This document shows, piece after piece, positions 12,818-25,167 of a stretch of 64,000 nt of DNA. The translations under genes and the position numbers were made by a program. Numbering within the stretch: position 1 is the first letter of the stretch; each line of letters begins with the position of its first letter. The notes under the pieces are model-generated. The model did no database searches, was not told where the DNA came from, and worked only from the letters and a program-made list of their open reading frames with translations. The stretch lies in assembly GCF_006345805.1 (NCBI RefSeq), contig NC_042999.1, positions 38,192,001-38,256,000 on the forward strand, written 5' to 3'. Source of the stretch: Octopus sinensis (lineage: Eukaryota).

Positions 12818-14089
12818 CTAATTTATATTTGTAAAATCATTAACCTAATATGTAAAATCATTAACGTAATATATAAATAATATTTTATACATGTAAAATG
12901 ATTAACCTACTTTTCTATACAAACCTTGCTAAGTTTGCCTAACTCAGTCGAATCAGAGCAATAGTATTCTCTCATAGTCAAAAGAATCGACTTGCCACAT
13001 TCAATATCATATAGATGACTTTAATATATGTAAGCCGAAGTCTTGTAATGATGGCGACGTTTTCTGATATTGGTTGCATATTCTCTACAAAGAAATGAAT
13101 TATAATGACTGTTGAGAAGGCGGCGTCGCTTTGTTTGTAATGACATCATCGTACCGAATTGTCTCATTGCATCTCTGATCGTATATCTTTTCGTTTCACA
13201 TAAGTATGCAGGTGTGCTTATAATAATGCTGTTTCAGGTTCCAGAAAACAATTGAACCATCTTATGCAGATCACTGAGACGTTTCCAGAAATATAGATTA
13301 AATTATTCAACTAGTACTGGTAGTGTGCCATTTTGACAGAACGAAAAGGATGGTTTTGATATGGAATATGGATTTATAAAAGACGTCATGGAATTGGAAA
13401 TTGCATCGACAGTTAATTTGATTCTTCTTCGGCTCGGTTATAAAATTTCGTTAAATGCTAGATAATATCTGGGTTTGACAGAAAGACAAATATCCATATT
13501 CCACCCATTCAGTCAGGGACTTTCCTGGACCAGTGCAATTTCTCCATGTCAGATGTCCCGTCGAGAGGGTGGCATGAACGTCTGGTTCATGTTATTGTCG
13601 AATTGGCTTTCCGCCCGCTGAAGTATCTCATCTACGAAATGCCATTAATATAGATGATAGCAGATGATTATTAACTGAATTGGTTGATCCTCGCCCTTGA
13701 CGGATTGTTGTATCATCGCTCAGCATCTAGAGACATTCACCACTGATTCAACAAAGTTCAATTGCTGAAATACTTTACATCTACAATATTGCATCCTATT
13801 ATTTCCAAGTACCCTGGCGTAGATGGTTACATGATGTTTAATCCATTGCTGTCAGATTCTACGACAAAGCGTCAGCATAGTCCTGTAAACAATAGTGGCT
13901 AAGATGTGATTTTACACTCCTCAGATTCCTGGAACTCAGGAACCACAAGGAAATCCTGAACAACCGGATGCAGCTTGAAGACATAGTCTTCGAGTAGGTT
14001 ATTTTGAGTGCCGTAGACATACGTAGGGTTACTGACTGAAAGAGTATAGCGAAAGGTCTCGGTGGAAGCCCAAACATCAATCTTCTTAT

Positions 14090-14226
14090 ACGGGGCTTAG
14101 AAAATCTGATGGACCGCTGCCATAAGTGTGTGATTCAGAGACGGGAATATGTTGAATAAAATCATAAATAACTCATCCTCCTGTATTTCCTTTTACCCAA
14201 CGCCAGGAACTTTTCAGCACCCCTCA
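14090..14226 (+). mobile_element. Mariner 3' end remnant with TIR
   Basis: GLENLMDRCHKCV...YVE* followed by ACGCCAGGAACTTTTCAGCACCCCTCA|TA. Confidence 0.65.
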
Positions 14227-14794
14227 TATGCATTGTGCTGTGTCAAATCTGTTACATGTGCAAGAGCAGCTGCGTGCTGGATGAATCAACATTTGTTTCG
14301 AATAATTTCTTCGTGCTCGTTGAAAAATGCAGTATTAGATTATAACAATACCAATCTAATTTTAGTCTAAAATTTCTCTCTCCATAAATTCTTTGACGGT
14401 TTCTTGAGGCGATTCATTGTATTGTTTTGCAAAGGTGATTATTTACCTTCCTATTTTGCTTACAACATTCTTGCAGCTTTTGTTACCTCATTGGGATATA
14501 TCGAAATGAAGATTCAGGATAATTTTGTAATTAACTAACCTCTTAATACAAACTAATTAAACGTGAAAATGGCAATTACAGGCAATCTTTTACTGCTTGA
14601 CCTGAAACGAGAGGCAAGTAAAACTGGTACACATTTTAAACTTTTTAGTTTCCAAAAGATATCGATGGTTAAAATGTGTCTAATCTTACAAGTTAATACC
14701 GAGAACGTTGCAAGTTACTCAATCTATCAACCTAAATGCCTACCTACCTACCTACCTACCTACCTACCTACCTACCTACTACCTACCTACCTAC

Positions 14795-14833
<39 letters not shown>

Positions 14834-15353
14834 GTTTTCGTTTTTTTTCTAATTTCGGTAGAGATAACTTATTTCTAAAGATGCTTTAAATGTATTTACT
14901 AATCATAAGGGTATTTAAAAGGTTTTAGCTAATGAGGTATACATGTTAAGTGGTTAGAGTTCAAGTTGTCAACTACAAAGTATTTATCGCATTTAATTAA
15001 AGCATAAGTGAGACACTACAAAAAGCTACAAGGAAACATAGAGAAAACAGAAGACGGTAAAAGAAACAGGAAGATGAATCTTAAAATAAATTCAGTGTTA
15101 AAAATTAAGGTAAAAAAAGTGTAACGTCTTCTTAGAACGTACATAACAAAAATAAGGAGTGATATAGCATAAAAATTGTTTAAATATAAATATTGAAAAT
15201 ATTTCTTAGTATACTTTAAATCGGTGTCGTTGATTTTAGTAATGCAGTATATCAAATTAAAGAAAAGGAAATGATTTGTACAAAAGAAAAATCAAATTCA
15301 AAATCAAAATTTAGGCTATAATCTAACGGCTAATATATCATTATAAATATATA

Positions 15354-15411
<58 letters not shown>

Positions 15412-15416
15412 TATAT

Positions 15417-15476
<60 letters not shown>

Positions 15477-15786
15477 ATACATGTATTATTCGGACCCACG
15501 CCATAATTAGGGATTAGGGAAAACTATAAAATTACTTTCCAAGAATACGCATATATTTCTATACATATACTGACAAAGCATGGATGTTTTGCACCATATA
15601 ATTGGACAATATTATTTAAGCTAAATATTTTAAAATAATTCCTCGGGTATTTTAAAGTGTGAATACAAATGTCTGCATTTAAAAGAAAACTGGGATTATG
15701 ATACACACAGACATACAGACACAGACTCGCACACATAAATATATACATATACACATATAGATGTGTCGTGTTTATATGTATGTATT

Positions 15787-15876
<90 letters not shown>

Positions 15877-15943
15877 TATATATATACATACATATATATA
15901 TATATACATACATATATATATATATATATCTATATATATATAT

Positions 15944-15985
<42 letters not shown>

Positions 15986-17199
15986 AAAAAGAAAGAAAAT
16001 GAGCGAGAAAAAAGAAAGAACGAAAAAGAAAGAAATAAACGGAGAGATTCATATCCAAATATGGCTGCACACAAATTGTTCTTCAAGAAAAAATACGCAA
16101 CTATTACGACACACACACTCACACAGTCACACACACACACACATAGACACATACACACGCATACTCCTTTTAATGCGCAAACACACACATAAACATACAT
16201 TCCCGCGCAAACGCACACTCTCACACAATGAAGTGCTATTGAAAGTGTATGTAATTTAATATCATAAAAAATCACAAACGGCAAATATATTAAAATTATT
16301 CTTAGTGTATTGTAAAGCATAACGTAATTTTTTTTCCAAATTAATGTTAGGTAAATTATAACAGATAACGACTTAGACACGATACTCCCGTTTTTAGTGT
16401 TATGACTGATAATAGATTAATAAAAATGGCGAGGACGGTAAATAGAGCTAGGGCTGATTAGCGAAATCATTCCGAGGAGGATAACGTCGAGTGTGTCAAA
16501 GAATATCGGAACAGTAGAAGAAATGTAATATTGTAGAACAGCATGCGGTTTGGTAAACACACTTGCTACTGACAACATTTTATGTGGTAGAACATAATGT
16601 GTTTAGCGTTCTGATCAGCGGATACAGGAACAATATTTGTTTGCTTCTGATATATATTGTGCATCAAGCACGTAATCTTCATTAGAAATATTATATATGG
16701 ACGGGTACAAGAGTAAAGTTGTTTATCGCGATATATATATATAGTAGAAATATTACCGATATACTCTGTCCCATAATTTTTGGGATTAGTTTCGTGCTTA
16801 CCGTCTTCTTTATTTTGTTTGCCAAACTCGCCTGGGAACAAGATACAACTACTATTGAATTCCGTTTCTCGATGGTCCCTCTTCTATTAAATAAACCATT
16901 AGATACGGCTATTATTGTGATATAGATATCAGAATTAGATATTGTTACGCATGCTTTTAAAACCGTTGCTCTTCGGTACGATTTCGCATGTCTGTCATCC
17001 CAAAGTTGCGTCAGAGAAATTCTGAAACTTCCGTATCAGTTTGCAGAAAGCTGACGGATTAGCTGTAAAACACTTACGCCAATAGACATAATGCAGATGA
17101 ATGTAGGACAATGTTCGTCAACACGTTCAAGAGACTAAAACTTGAATTTTCAACGAGTTCCAAGCTTAAGTTAAAGAACATCTTGAAAAATATACACTG

Positions 17200-18814
17200 T
17201 TGGTAGTCGTTCTTTTTATTTGTGTGCGAGTGTGTAGTATCTCTACTTCCTTTCGTATAGCAGGAAGCCGAGATATTCCTTGCAGAATGCCAAAGGAAAC
17301 TTGTAGCGTCACAATCTTCAGGAGACGTGGTGATGTCGAATGTTTCAAATAGGAAAAAATGTTTTCATATATATTTTACTTATGTTTTACTCGTAAATCA
17401 AAAAGCCATTTTGTAACACCTAAGGATTAGATGCATGAAACCAACTGAAACAGACTATTACGAGTATTTACTACAAATCAAATGAAATATTATACAATAT
17501 AAAAACCTAACCTTACTCCATCCCATCGATAGTTCTTAAGAATATAATAAATAATATCAGAACAAGGATTTTTGTCAGTGAACTGTCGCGGTCTTAAAGC
17601 GACGAAAATATTTTGACAAATTAAACTTAAATTTTGAAGTGAATCGAACGGCCTTTGTGTGTTTCTTAAATGGCTTATAAACACCTTCCACGCTGCAATT
17701 GTTTTCGTTTCAGCACACGATCTCAGATCAAATCACTTGCTATGCAAGTATATCTCCGTATTTCTTAGGTCTTTTCTAGTAAACAGATCTTTGGTGGAAC
17801 GCCTCTCTATTAAGATGCATGCTCTATGAAATATAATTACAAAGATACCCAACCCGTCACCTGAACTTAAAAATACGCCGCGGCGTACATCCTGATTCGC
17901 ACCACATTCTACATAGTTCTAAAGACAAATATAGTTAAAAATCCTGCCATTAATAGAAACAAAATTCTTCATCCAGAATCGTTATAGTATTTGTTCGACA
18001 GAAGCTGCTTAAAAGTGAGCAATGGCTGGACTTTAGATATGGAAACAAATGGGAACACATCCAAAGAAATCATCTACATCTCATAAAAAGCCCCTTTTAG
18101 GAATGAAGATGTATGTCCATTCAACCAATATATTAGAACTTCTTCACTGATATACGGAACCGAAATCAACTCCCACAATAGAATGGAAAGACTGACTCCA
18201 AAAGCAATATGAATAGCTGAAGGAAGTTATAAACAACATGATGACTATACTGCTTCTTTTAGAAACAAAGAATCAAGGAAAAAACGATTTGAACAGCATT
18301 GTCTGTCACGTTTGGTGGTTACAATTATATAACATAAAATATAGTCTGAACTTGAAGAGGCAGGGGTAATTTATAGCCAACATTTATGTGTGTGTGACGC
18401 TCTCATTTATTTATAACCAACAAAAGATATAATATTGAAGAGAAAATACTCAGAAATACCTAAAAGTCTCGTTCAGAATTGCTAGGTAGTTATAAGCATT
18501 TTCCTCATTCACATATCATTTCCGCCATTTTGTAACACCTAAGGATTCGATGCATGACGCCAGATGAAACAGACTGTTATGAGTATTTACATATTAGATA
18601 CGACAGCTTTTTTGATTTACGAGTAGCACGTAAGTAAAATATATATGAAAACATTGTTTCCCTATTTGAAACATTAGACATCACCATGTCTCCTGAAGAT
18701 TGTGACGCTACAAGTTTCCTTTGGCATTCTGCAAGGAATATCTCAGCTTCCTGCGATACGAAAGGAAGTAGAAATACTACACACGCGCACACAAATAATA
18801 GGAACAACTACCAA
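17200..18814. repeat. ~205-bp inverted repeat pair (17200-17405 / 18606-18814) plus an internal ~68-bp direct repeat (17404-17471 / 18524-18591)
   Basis: Matched by eye; moderately diverged copies. Confidence 0.75.
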
Positions 18815-19219
18815 TAATGGTTTCAGTTCAGTTTGGTATCAAAGGGTTCCGTAAAGGAATGACTAGAGCACTAACTGACAATTGCTAATAAAGTGATGAA
18901 ATGTTTTTTGAAATAAATGCACAAAGCAGCGAGTGTGTATACGTATACACGCACACATAGCTACATAGATAAATATATGTATATGTGCGTACAAGTGTGT
19001 GTATTACTCGATGTGCATGTGTATGACTGTATGATCTTGTATGATATGCAGAATGAATATAAAACTGCATATGTAGATACGCACACACACTCGCACACAC
19101 ACGCACACATACACACACACATACACACGCATATATATACACACATTTTCGTATGTTTGTCTCAACATACGAATACCAACACTTTTTAGGCAGTGTATAA
19201 TTTTTTACATTTTCTGAAA

Positions 19220-19320
<101 letters not shown>

Positions 19321-20365
19321 ATCTTGATGGTTTATCATTTTTTGATAAACATATATGCAGATGTTGATATCCGCCCCAAAAGACTTACTCACATGTAGAA
19401 TAATATATATTGGCTTATATAAAAAAAGAGTATTTGTATATGTATATATGTACGTGACTGTATTTCCATTCTTCTCTATTTTTGTAAATAATGTATTCAC
19501 TTGCACGCATATGCACTCACTTAGAATACAAATAGTGCAATTATATATATATACAAAAAACGTATATTTGTGAACAATACGGCGTTTATACACCTATTTA
19601 CCTCAACGTTTGTGATTCTCGTCTGCATCTATATTTGTCATCCTTTCATATCTATAAATGGCAGGAAAAGCGTAATATACCCGCAGATAAAAAGTACAAA
19701 TACAAAGAGAATTTGAGACGAAAAATAAAATCTGAAAATTACCGATGTCTTCGTGCAAGTACTCTTCCGTGTATTTACATTTACTTATGCGTGTCTATAT
19801 GCAGGCTTTTATGTAGGTATGCATGTAAATAGCTGTCTGATTTCTAATCTTTTACTATATATCTGTGTATTTGTGTGGAAGTTGAAAGCTATTTCGTTGA
19901 TATTTTACTTCGTTTTCCGTCTGTTTCGTTTGTAAACAACATTTATTTTTTTACTAGACATTCTTAACTATTGACATTTTTCATCCGGCAGCCGCATATT
20001 TATTTAACCACACGCGTACATAACATAGGTTTTCAGAAATATATAGCAGCGAGTTCACTAAACGAATTCACTAAATGCAGCGCTCTTCACGTGCTGTAAT
20101 CTCTGGGTTTTAATGCTTGACCATTATCATGAGTCTTCTTTCCGAAGTTGCTATATATTTTCACTGAGACCGATGGATTCATTGTTTATTAAGGAGAGCA
20201 ATACAAATTTGAAATTTTGCATTTAGATATAAATTCCGTAATGCATTCAAAGGTTATCTTATTGTGTAAGTAGTAAACAATATAAACCGACTATATCTAT
20301 TATTTTGAAAGTATGTTTCTTTCATAAAATATAAAAATGTGTTAAAATTGTCCCTTATTGGCAAA

Positions 20366-20958
20366 CTAGCAGAGATACCCGACGTTGCCCGGGACGGAAA
20401 TGGCAAATCGAGCCCAGGATTTATTCTTTGTAAGCTTAGTACTTATACTATCGGTGTCTTTCGCCGAATTGCTTTAGTTACAGAAACATCTATTGTTAAG
20501 AGATGGTGGGGGTACAAACAAACACACAGGCAAACACGCACACATACACACAGCATACACATATGAACACACACACACACACACACACACACATGTGCAC
20601 AATCCCGCTAATTTTTCCATCATTATGCCGTTCCAGGTGCGAAAACCGAAGTCCAATGAATATTAATTACTTTCATAAAAAGCTCCAACTAGCTCAATAA
20701 CAACAAACCTGGCCCGAGCTAGACAAATGTTTACTGCGACCCGGCAACGAACAACAAGCACTAGCACTAGACCCGGCAACACCATGTCATAGTGCTAGTA
20801 CACACCCATATATAATTGTAGTTTTTTCAAGACATATACACGCCCTGATACCGTCGGTATCTACATATCAAATTTCAGCGCAGTCGGATGGAGGATGACC
20901 GAGATCCTAGAAGACACACACACACAGAACGGATTATTCATATTATATATATATATAA
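20366..20958 (-). mobile_element. Non-autonomous Helitron
   Basis: Minus-strand 3' end CCCGGGCAACGTCGGG hairpin followed by CTAG|T at 20366. The 5' end near 20958 is degenerate. Confidence 0.6.
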
Positions 20959-21167
20959 GTTGTCAGAAGACGAGAAAGATTACATGATGTACTGCCATAA
21001 GAGGTGGAATTTGGAAGAATTGTAAGGTCGTTAAAAGACGTACTGATGCAGAATACTAGCATGGCGAAACATTTGAGAGGCCGAGCGACGTACTTTGTGA
21101 TATCTTTTCTGATTGTTTGTGCTCTTGCAGCAAGACCTGCGAGGACGCTGATTCGATATATACATGA

Positions 21168-21226
<59 letters not shown>

Positions 21227-21239
21227 ATATATATCTTTT

Positions 21240-21500
21240 AGTCATTTATGCGCCCTTTTCAAGCCTAGCCAGGCTCATGGGCCCGGTTTCCCAGTTTCTA
21301 TGGCGTATGTGTTCCTTGTAGCTAGACGGGACGCCAGTCTATCGCAGCGTTATTCAAGAAACAGGAAGAAAGAGTGAGACAAAGTTGGGGCAAAAGAGTA
21401 CAACAGGGGGCGCCACCAACCCATGCCGGATCCTCGTGGAACTTTGTGTTTTCGTTCAATAAATACACACCACGTCCGGTCTGGGAATCGAAACCGCGTC
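21240..21500 (-). mobile_element. tRNA-derived SINE (5'-damaged), related to the 50900 copy
   Basis: GGTTTCGATTCCCAGACCGG box B; body shared with 50900-51210; tail shared with 38396-38470. Confidence 0.65.
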
Positions 21501-21641
21501 AGCCGAAATTGCTAGGGTGATCCGATTCTTGACTGAAGATTGAAGGCTTCGAATGTCCCGTCCGTGTTTATTGTATCATCTTCTAAATGTTTTACGTCCT
21601 TGTCCCAGTTTGTATTTTTCTACATATTATATATATATATA

Positions 21642-21836
21642 CTTTATTTTAAGCAGCAGAAAATTCAACAAAATCTGTTACTCTGAGTTTCTCGTTGCCG
21701 TTCATCAGACAGTTTTTGCTAGAATGGAACTGATATATCAATTCAATCTATACTCTTACAAACTTTACACCTTTAAAAAGAAATGGACTTGTTTGATTGG
21801 CCCTTTAGAAAAAACGGTCAATCTTCGAGCGATAAA
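21642..21836 (-). repeat. 3' pseudo-LTR (sense copy)
   Basis: Reverse complement of 24834-25028 with 2 mismatches (AACTTTACAC vs AACGCTACAC). Confidence 0.9.
21668..21719 (-). ncRNA. Minimal type I hammerhead ribozyme, sense to the ORF, in the 3' pLTR
   Basis: Exact reverse complement of 24951-25002. Confidence 0.75.
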
Positions 21837-22781
21837 CAAAAAGGTCAAAAATATATGTATATATATATATATAAAAAACTTATAAAAATTATAAAATCCG
21901 AGGAAAAAACCTATTGACGTTAATGAAGACAGTGCAAATTAATGCATAGAAATTAAACCTGTTATAAATACTGCAATATATATTTATATTAAAATCTACA
22001 TATATATATCAACATACACAAAAGGATGCGCGTAAACGCCATACATACATATACAGACGTATGAATATAAATCTAAATATACACATAAAAGCATGTGTAC
22101 ATATATTCACGCAAACCGTCTCGCACGCAAGCTAAAATTCATGTATGTAGCAATTCTCATATACTGAGCAAGGAGGGGGAACGAAAGAAAGGGAGAGAGA
22201 GAAAAAGGAACGAAGGAGGGGTGGGGAAAAAAACGAAATAAGAAAAAATTATGTATACAAGCAGTGTAACGGTGTTATTGGCACCTATAGAGACCAGTAT
22301 ACATACACAAGTTTGAATGGATACATATACATACCGTCGTGTATATGTGTGCTTAAGCACAAACATACTTTCACTTACACATACACAGATACGCATGCTT
22401 ACAAATACATATGCTTTGCTATACACATACTTATATAAACATTCTAATTTTGACAACATTGCTTTTTTTAAAAAACATTGTTTTTAAAAATGGGTGCATT
22501 AATAAAAATATATACGAAAGACATATAAAATAAAATATAACATCCTATTTTGGGTCATTTACAAATAATCAAGGTAATATAAATAATCAAGGTAATCCTA
22601 TGCAATACAATAACATGAAAACAAAGTTTGTAGGTTTTTCCTAATATATATGTAGAAACATAAGACTTTGCTATACGGATTAAGATCCGCATAGCTTGGA
22701 AACCAAAAACAAAATCAAAATCCATCGTAGCGCTCAAGAGTCAAAATCAAAATCAAAAATCAAAAATACAAAATATATACT

Positions 22782-24887
22782 CTATCCATATGGTATATTT
22801 ATATTCGACATTTTAAATTTAGCCGCGTGCCTACATAAGTTCATTAACTCACTTCTTTGATTCAAAGAATTATTGTCTTTGAATAAGATGTACATTTTTT
22901 CTAATAGACAAAGTCTGCACTTGAAATTATTTTTGTAATCTCCATGCCTGTATGGTGCCGCCCTGTCCAGAATGCTCCATGTCACGTTGAAAGGTGGGGC
23001 TTCCTTTTCTTTTAGTTCCCAGACATATTTTGCTAGGCTGGTTTTCTTCCTATTCTCTGGGTATTTAAATGAATTTTTATGAGAATAAAATCTTGTTTTA
23101 AATGAATTTTCTGAAGCCCCTGTGTATGTCTTGTATTCCGATGAGCCTTCCACTTGCACCTTGGCTCTATAAACTACTCCTTTCACTAGACATTTCCCTT
23201 CTAACGGACAGGAGCTTTCGTTTTTGAAATTACATTTCTTAATGGGCTCGGCACCATGTCTAATCTCAATTAGCTTCCTATTATGTTGGCTAATGTAAGA
23301 GGCGAAATTTCTGCAACAAGAATAGCTAACCTTCAGGGTTCTTCTATTAAATATTCTGTAGAATTTATGACCCTGCTTAAAATGCTTAGAGACTAATCTC
23401 AAAAATTCCTTACCTATATTAGTCTTTACGGCCAAATTGAAAGCCGGGTTGAACCACAAAACTTTCCTGGTCCTAGTTCTTCGTGCAGCATTATTATCAG
23501 CATTAAGCTGGTTGAACTGGATCTTCTCAGAGAATCCACTATTCTTTAATGCGCTATCGTAATAAGGTGCAGCATTATGGAATGCTGCCTCGTCCGAAGA
23601 AATTGAAGATATTCTTCTACCTACATTGCTGACTAAGTTCCTAAGGATAACTGGTGGATGGTTCGAATCTTTGCTAATATACGATAGCTTTTCATTGGGC
23701 TTACGGAAAGGTTTAAATCTATCCGATCTTACATTAAAATTTACGTCTAAAAAATCTACACTATTCAGGTTAGCATCTATCGTAACCCGTAAGCCCATCC
23801 TTTGAAAGAAAGCTATAAGGTCCTTCCTAAGTCTATCTGATTCATGGCCGTTTAGATTATGCGTGGCTATAAGGCCGTCATCCCTATATAAACCTGCATC
23901 TATAAATGGGAATTCTATTTTTAGATTATGGAGAATAAAGGCTCCTATGAGCATACATAATTCAGCCCCGTCGTATGCCCCCATCGGTACATCGAAAAGA
24001 GAATCCTCAGTCTTCTTAATCCAGGTGGAATCCTCGAAAAAAAGAAGCGATTTCCTCGCATGCATAATAATTTCAATTTCCGAGCTATCGATGTTGACAT
24101 ACTGCTTGGCGAAGTCCAATGCCCTTAGGAGCAACGTCCTAGATATTGACGGGTAAAAGTCAATAATGTCGAATTGTGTGAAACTACAATTATTCTTATA
24201 GCTAATATCTTTAAACCACTCTATAACTGACTTACTATTCTTCCAAATTCTCAAGTCTACTTCACTATCTAACTTAACTAAAATACGGTCCAAAATATTT
24301 TTGCTAATAATTCCTATCTCAGTTTTAACCGGATTTATTAATCTACATTTGGGGTTTCTACTAAAATTGGCTTTATGGTCTTTCAGAGTAATAAAAGCTG
24401 GTCGTGGTGAAAGGTATTCAATCCTATCGTTAATCTTAAGATCGTTAGCTATTCCTCTTGCTTCTAAGTTCACCTCTTTGTATATATTCGTGTTGTCTTT
24501 TTTGTATGTGTCCGTGACACTATTCGAAATCAGGCGTTTATAAACGTCCTTATCAAGTGCATATAAGTTCCTTGTCTTGTCAGAATTAACGAAGATCTTA
24601 TTCGAGTGGTTAATCTCCTTAATTTTTTCTTTCATATTTGTCTGCAATTGGTTGGTATATTTGCGGAATTTAATTTTCCTAATAAGCTCGAAAAGGTCTT
24701 TCTCGAAGGCTTCTAATTCCGGAATCGGTGGCGGGTTTCTGGGAGATTTAAATCCATATTTGTTTCCTTCTATTTTCTGTTTATTATCAAAGAAGAAGGC
24801 TTTCCATCTCAGTCTTCTAATAAACTCTTCCGTTTTATCGCTCGAAGATTGACCGTTTTTTCTAAAGGGCCAATCAAACAAGTCCAT
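22782..24887 (-). CDS. PLE polyprotein: reverse transcriptase + C-terminal Cys-rich GIY-YIG endonuclease (Naiad-like)
   Basis: EEFIRRLRWKAFF, YGFKSPRNPPPIPELEAFE, QFDIIDFYPSI, VPMGAYDGAE, GLYRDDGL; endonuclease CN...CPLEGKC..VVY...YTG...FKTRF..H and CRLCLLEK...LNQRSEL...CRH. Uninterrupted 701 aa. Confidence 0.92.
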   Translation of the reverse strand: MDLFDWPFRKNGQSSSDKTEEFIRRLRWKAFFFDNKQKIEGNKYGFKSPRNPPPIPELEAFEKDLFELIRKIKFRKYTNQLQTNMKEKIKEINHSNKIFVNSDKTRNLYALDKDVYKRLISNSVTDTYKKDNTNIYKEVNLEARGIANDLKINDRIEYLSPRPAFITLKDHKANFSRNPKCRLINPVKTEIGIISKNILDRILVKLDSEVDLRIWKNSKSVIEWFKDISYKNNCSFTQFDIIDFYPSISRTLLLRALDFAKQYVNIDSSEIEIIMHARKSLLFFEDSTWIKKTEDSLFDVPMGAYDGAELCMLIGAFILHNLKIEFPFIDAGLYRDDGLIATHNLNGHESDRLRKDLIAFFQRMGLRVTIDANLNSVDFLDVNFNVRSDRFKPFRKPNEKLSYISKDSNHPPVILRNLVSNVGRRISSISSDEAAFHNAAPYYDSALKNSGFSEKIQFNQLNADNNAARRTRTRKVLWFNPAFNLAVKTNIGKEFLRLVSKHFKQGHKFYRIFNRRTLKVSYSCCRNFASYISQHNRKLIEIRHGAEPIKKCNFKNESSCPLEGKCLVKGVVYRAKVQVEGSSEYKTYTGASENSFKTRFYSHKNSFKYPENRKKTSLAKYVWELKEKEAPPFNVTWSILDRAAPYRHGDYKNNFKCRLCLLEKMYILFKDNNSLNQRSELMNLCRHAAKFKMSNINIPYG

Positions 24888-25028
24888 TTCTTTTTAAAGG
24901 TGTAGCGTTTGTAAGAGTATAGATTGAATTGATATATCAGTTCCATTCTAGCAAAAACTGTCTGATGAACGGCAACGAGAAACTCAGAGTAACAGATTTT
25001 GTTGAATTTTCTGCTGCTTAAAATAAAG
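24834..25028 (+). repeat. Inverted 5' pseudo-LTR copy, overlapping the first 18 codons of the ORF
   Basis: See 21642-21836. About 70 further bp follow before the (TA)n at 25100. Confidence 0.9.
24951..25002 (+). ncRNA. Minimal type I hammerhead ribozyme (antisense to the ORF)
   Basis: GCAAAAACTGT-CTGATGA-A-CG(GCAA)CG-A-GAAA-CTC-A-GAG-T-A-ACAGATTTTGT: canonical core, stem I 4 bp + mismatch + 6 bp, palindromic stem III ACTCAGAGT, GUA site with predicted cut after 24991. Confidence 0.75.
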
Positions 25029-25099
25029 CATATTACTCTACCACTGGTATTTGAGTACTCTTTTTTCCACCTTGTTTCACATTTATGTGTTTACTCCGG

Positions 25100-25167
<68 letters not shown>

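Larger units (their letters stand above)
21642..25100 (-). mobile_element. Naiad-type Penelope-like element with inverted pseudo-LTRs
   Basis: 701-aa RT + GIY-YIG ORF; 195-bp inverted repeats at 21642-21836 and 24834-25028; both outer ends run into (TA)-rich arrays. Confidence 0.85.

Noticed and set aside
15340-16260. Long IY/YI-rich ORFs here, and similar IYLS, poly-I, poly-Y and poly-L ORFs elsewhere
   Set aside because: Translations of (TA)n, (ATCT)n and (AAT)n microsatellites.
18685-18725. CTGAAGA-TTGT(GACGCT)ACAA as a hammerhead
   Set aside because: Followed by GTTTC, not GAAA; no stem I or III.
22782-24887. Selenoprotein-type Naiad
   Set aside because: The ORF is open for 701 aa with no in-frame TGA, so no recoding is needed.
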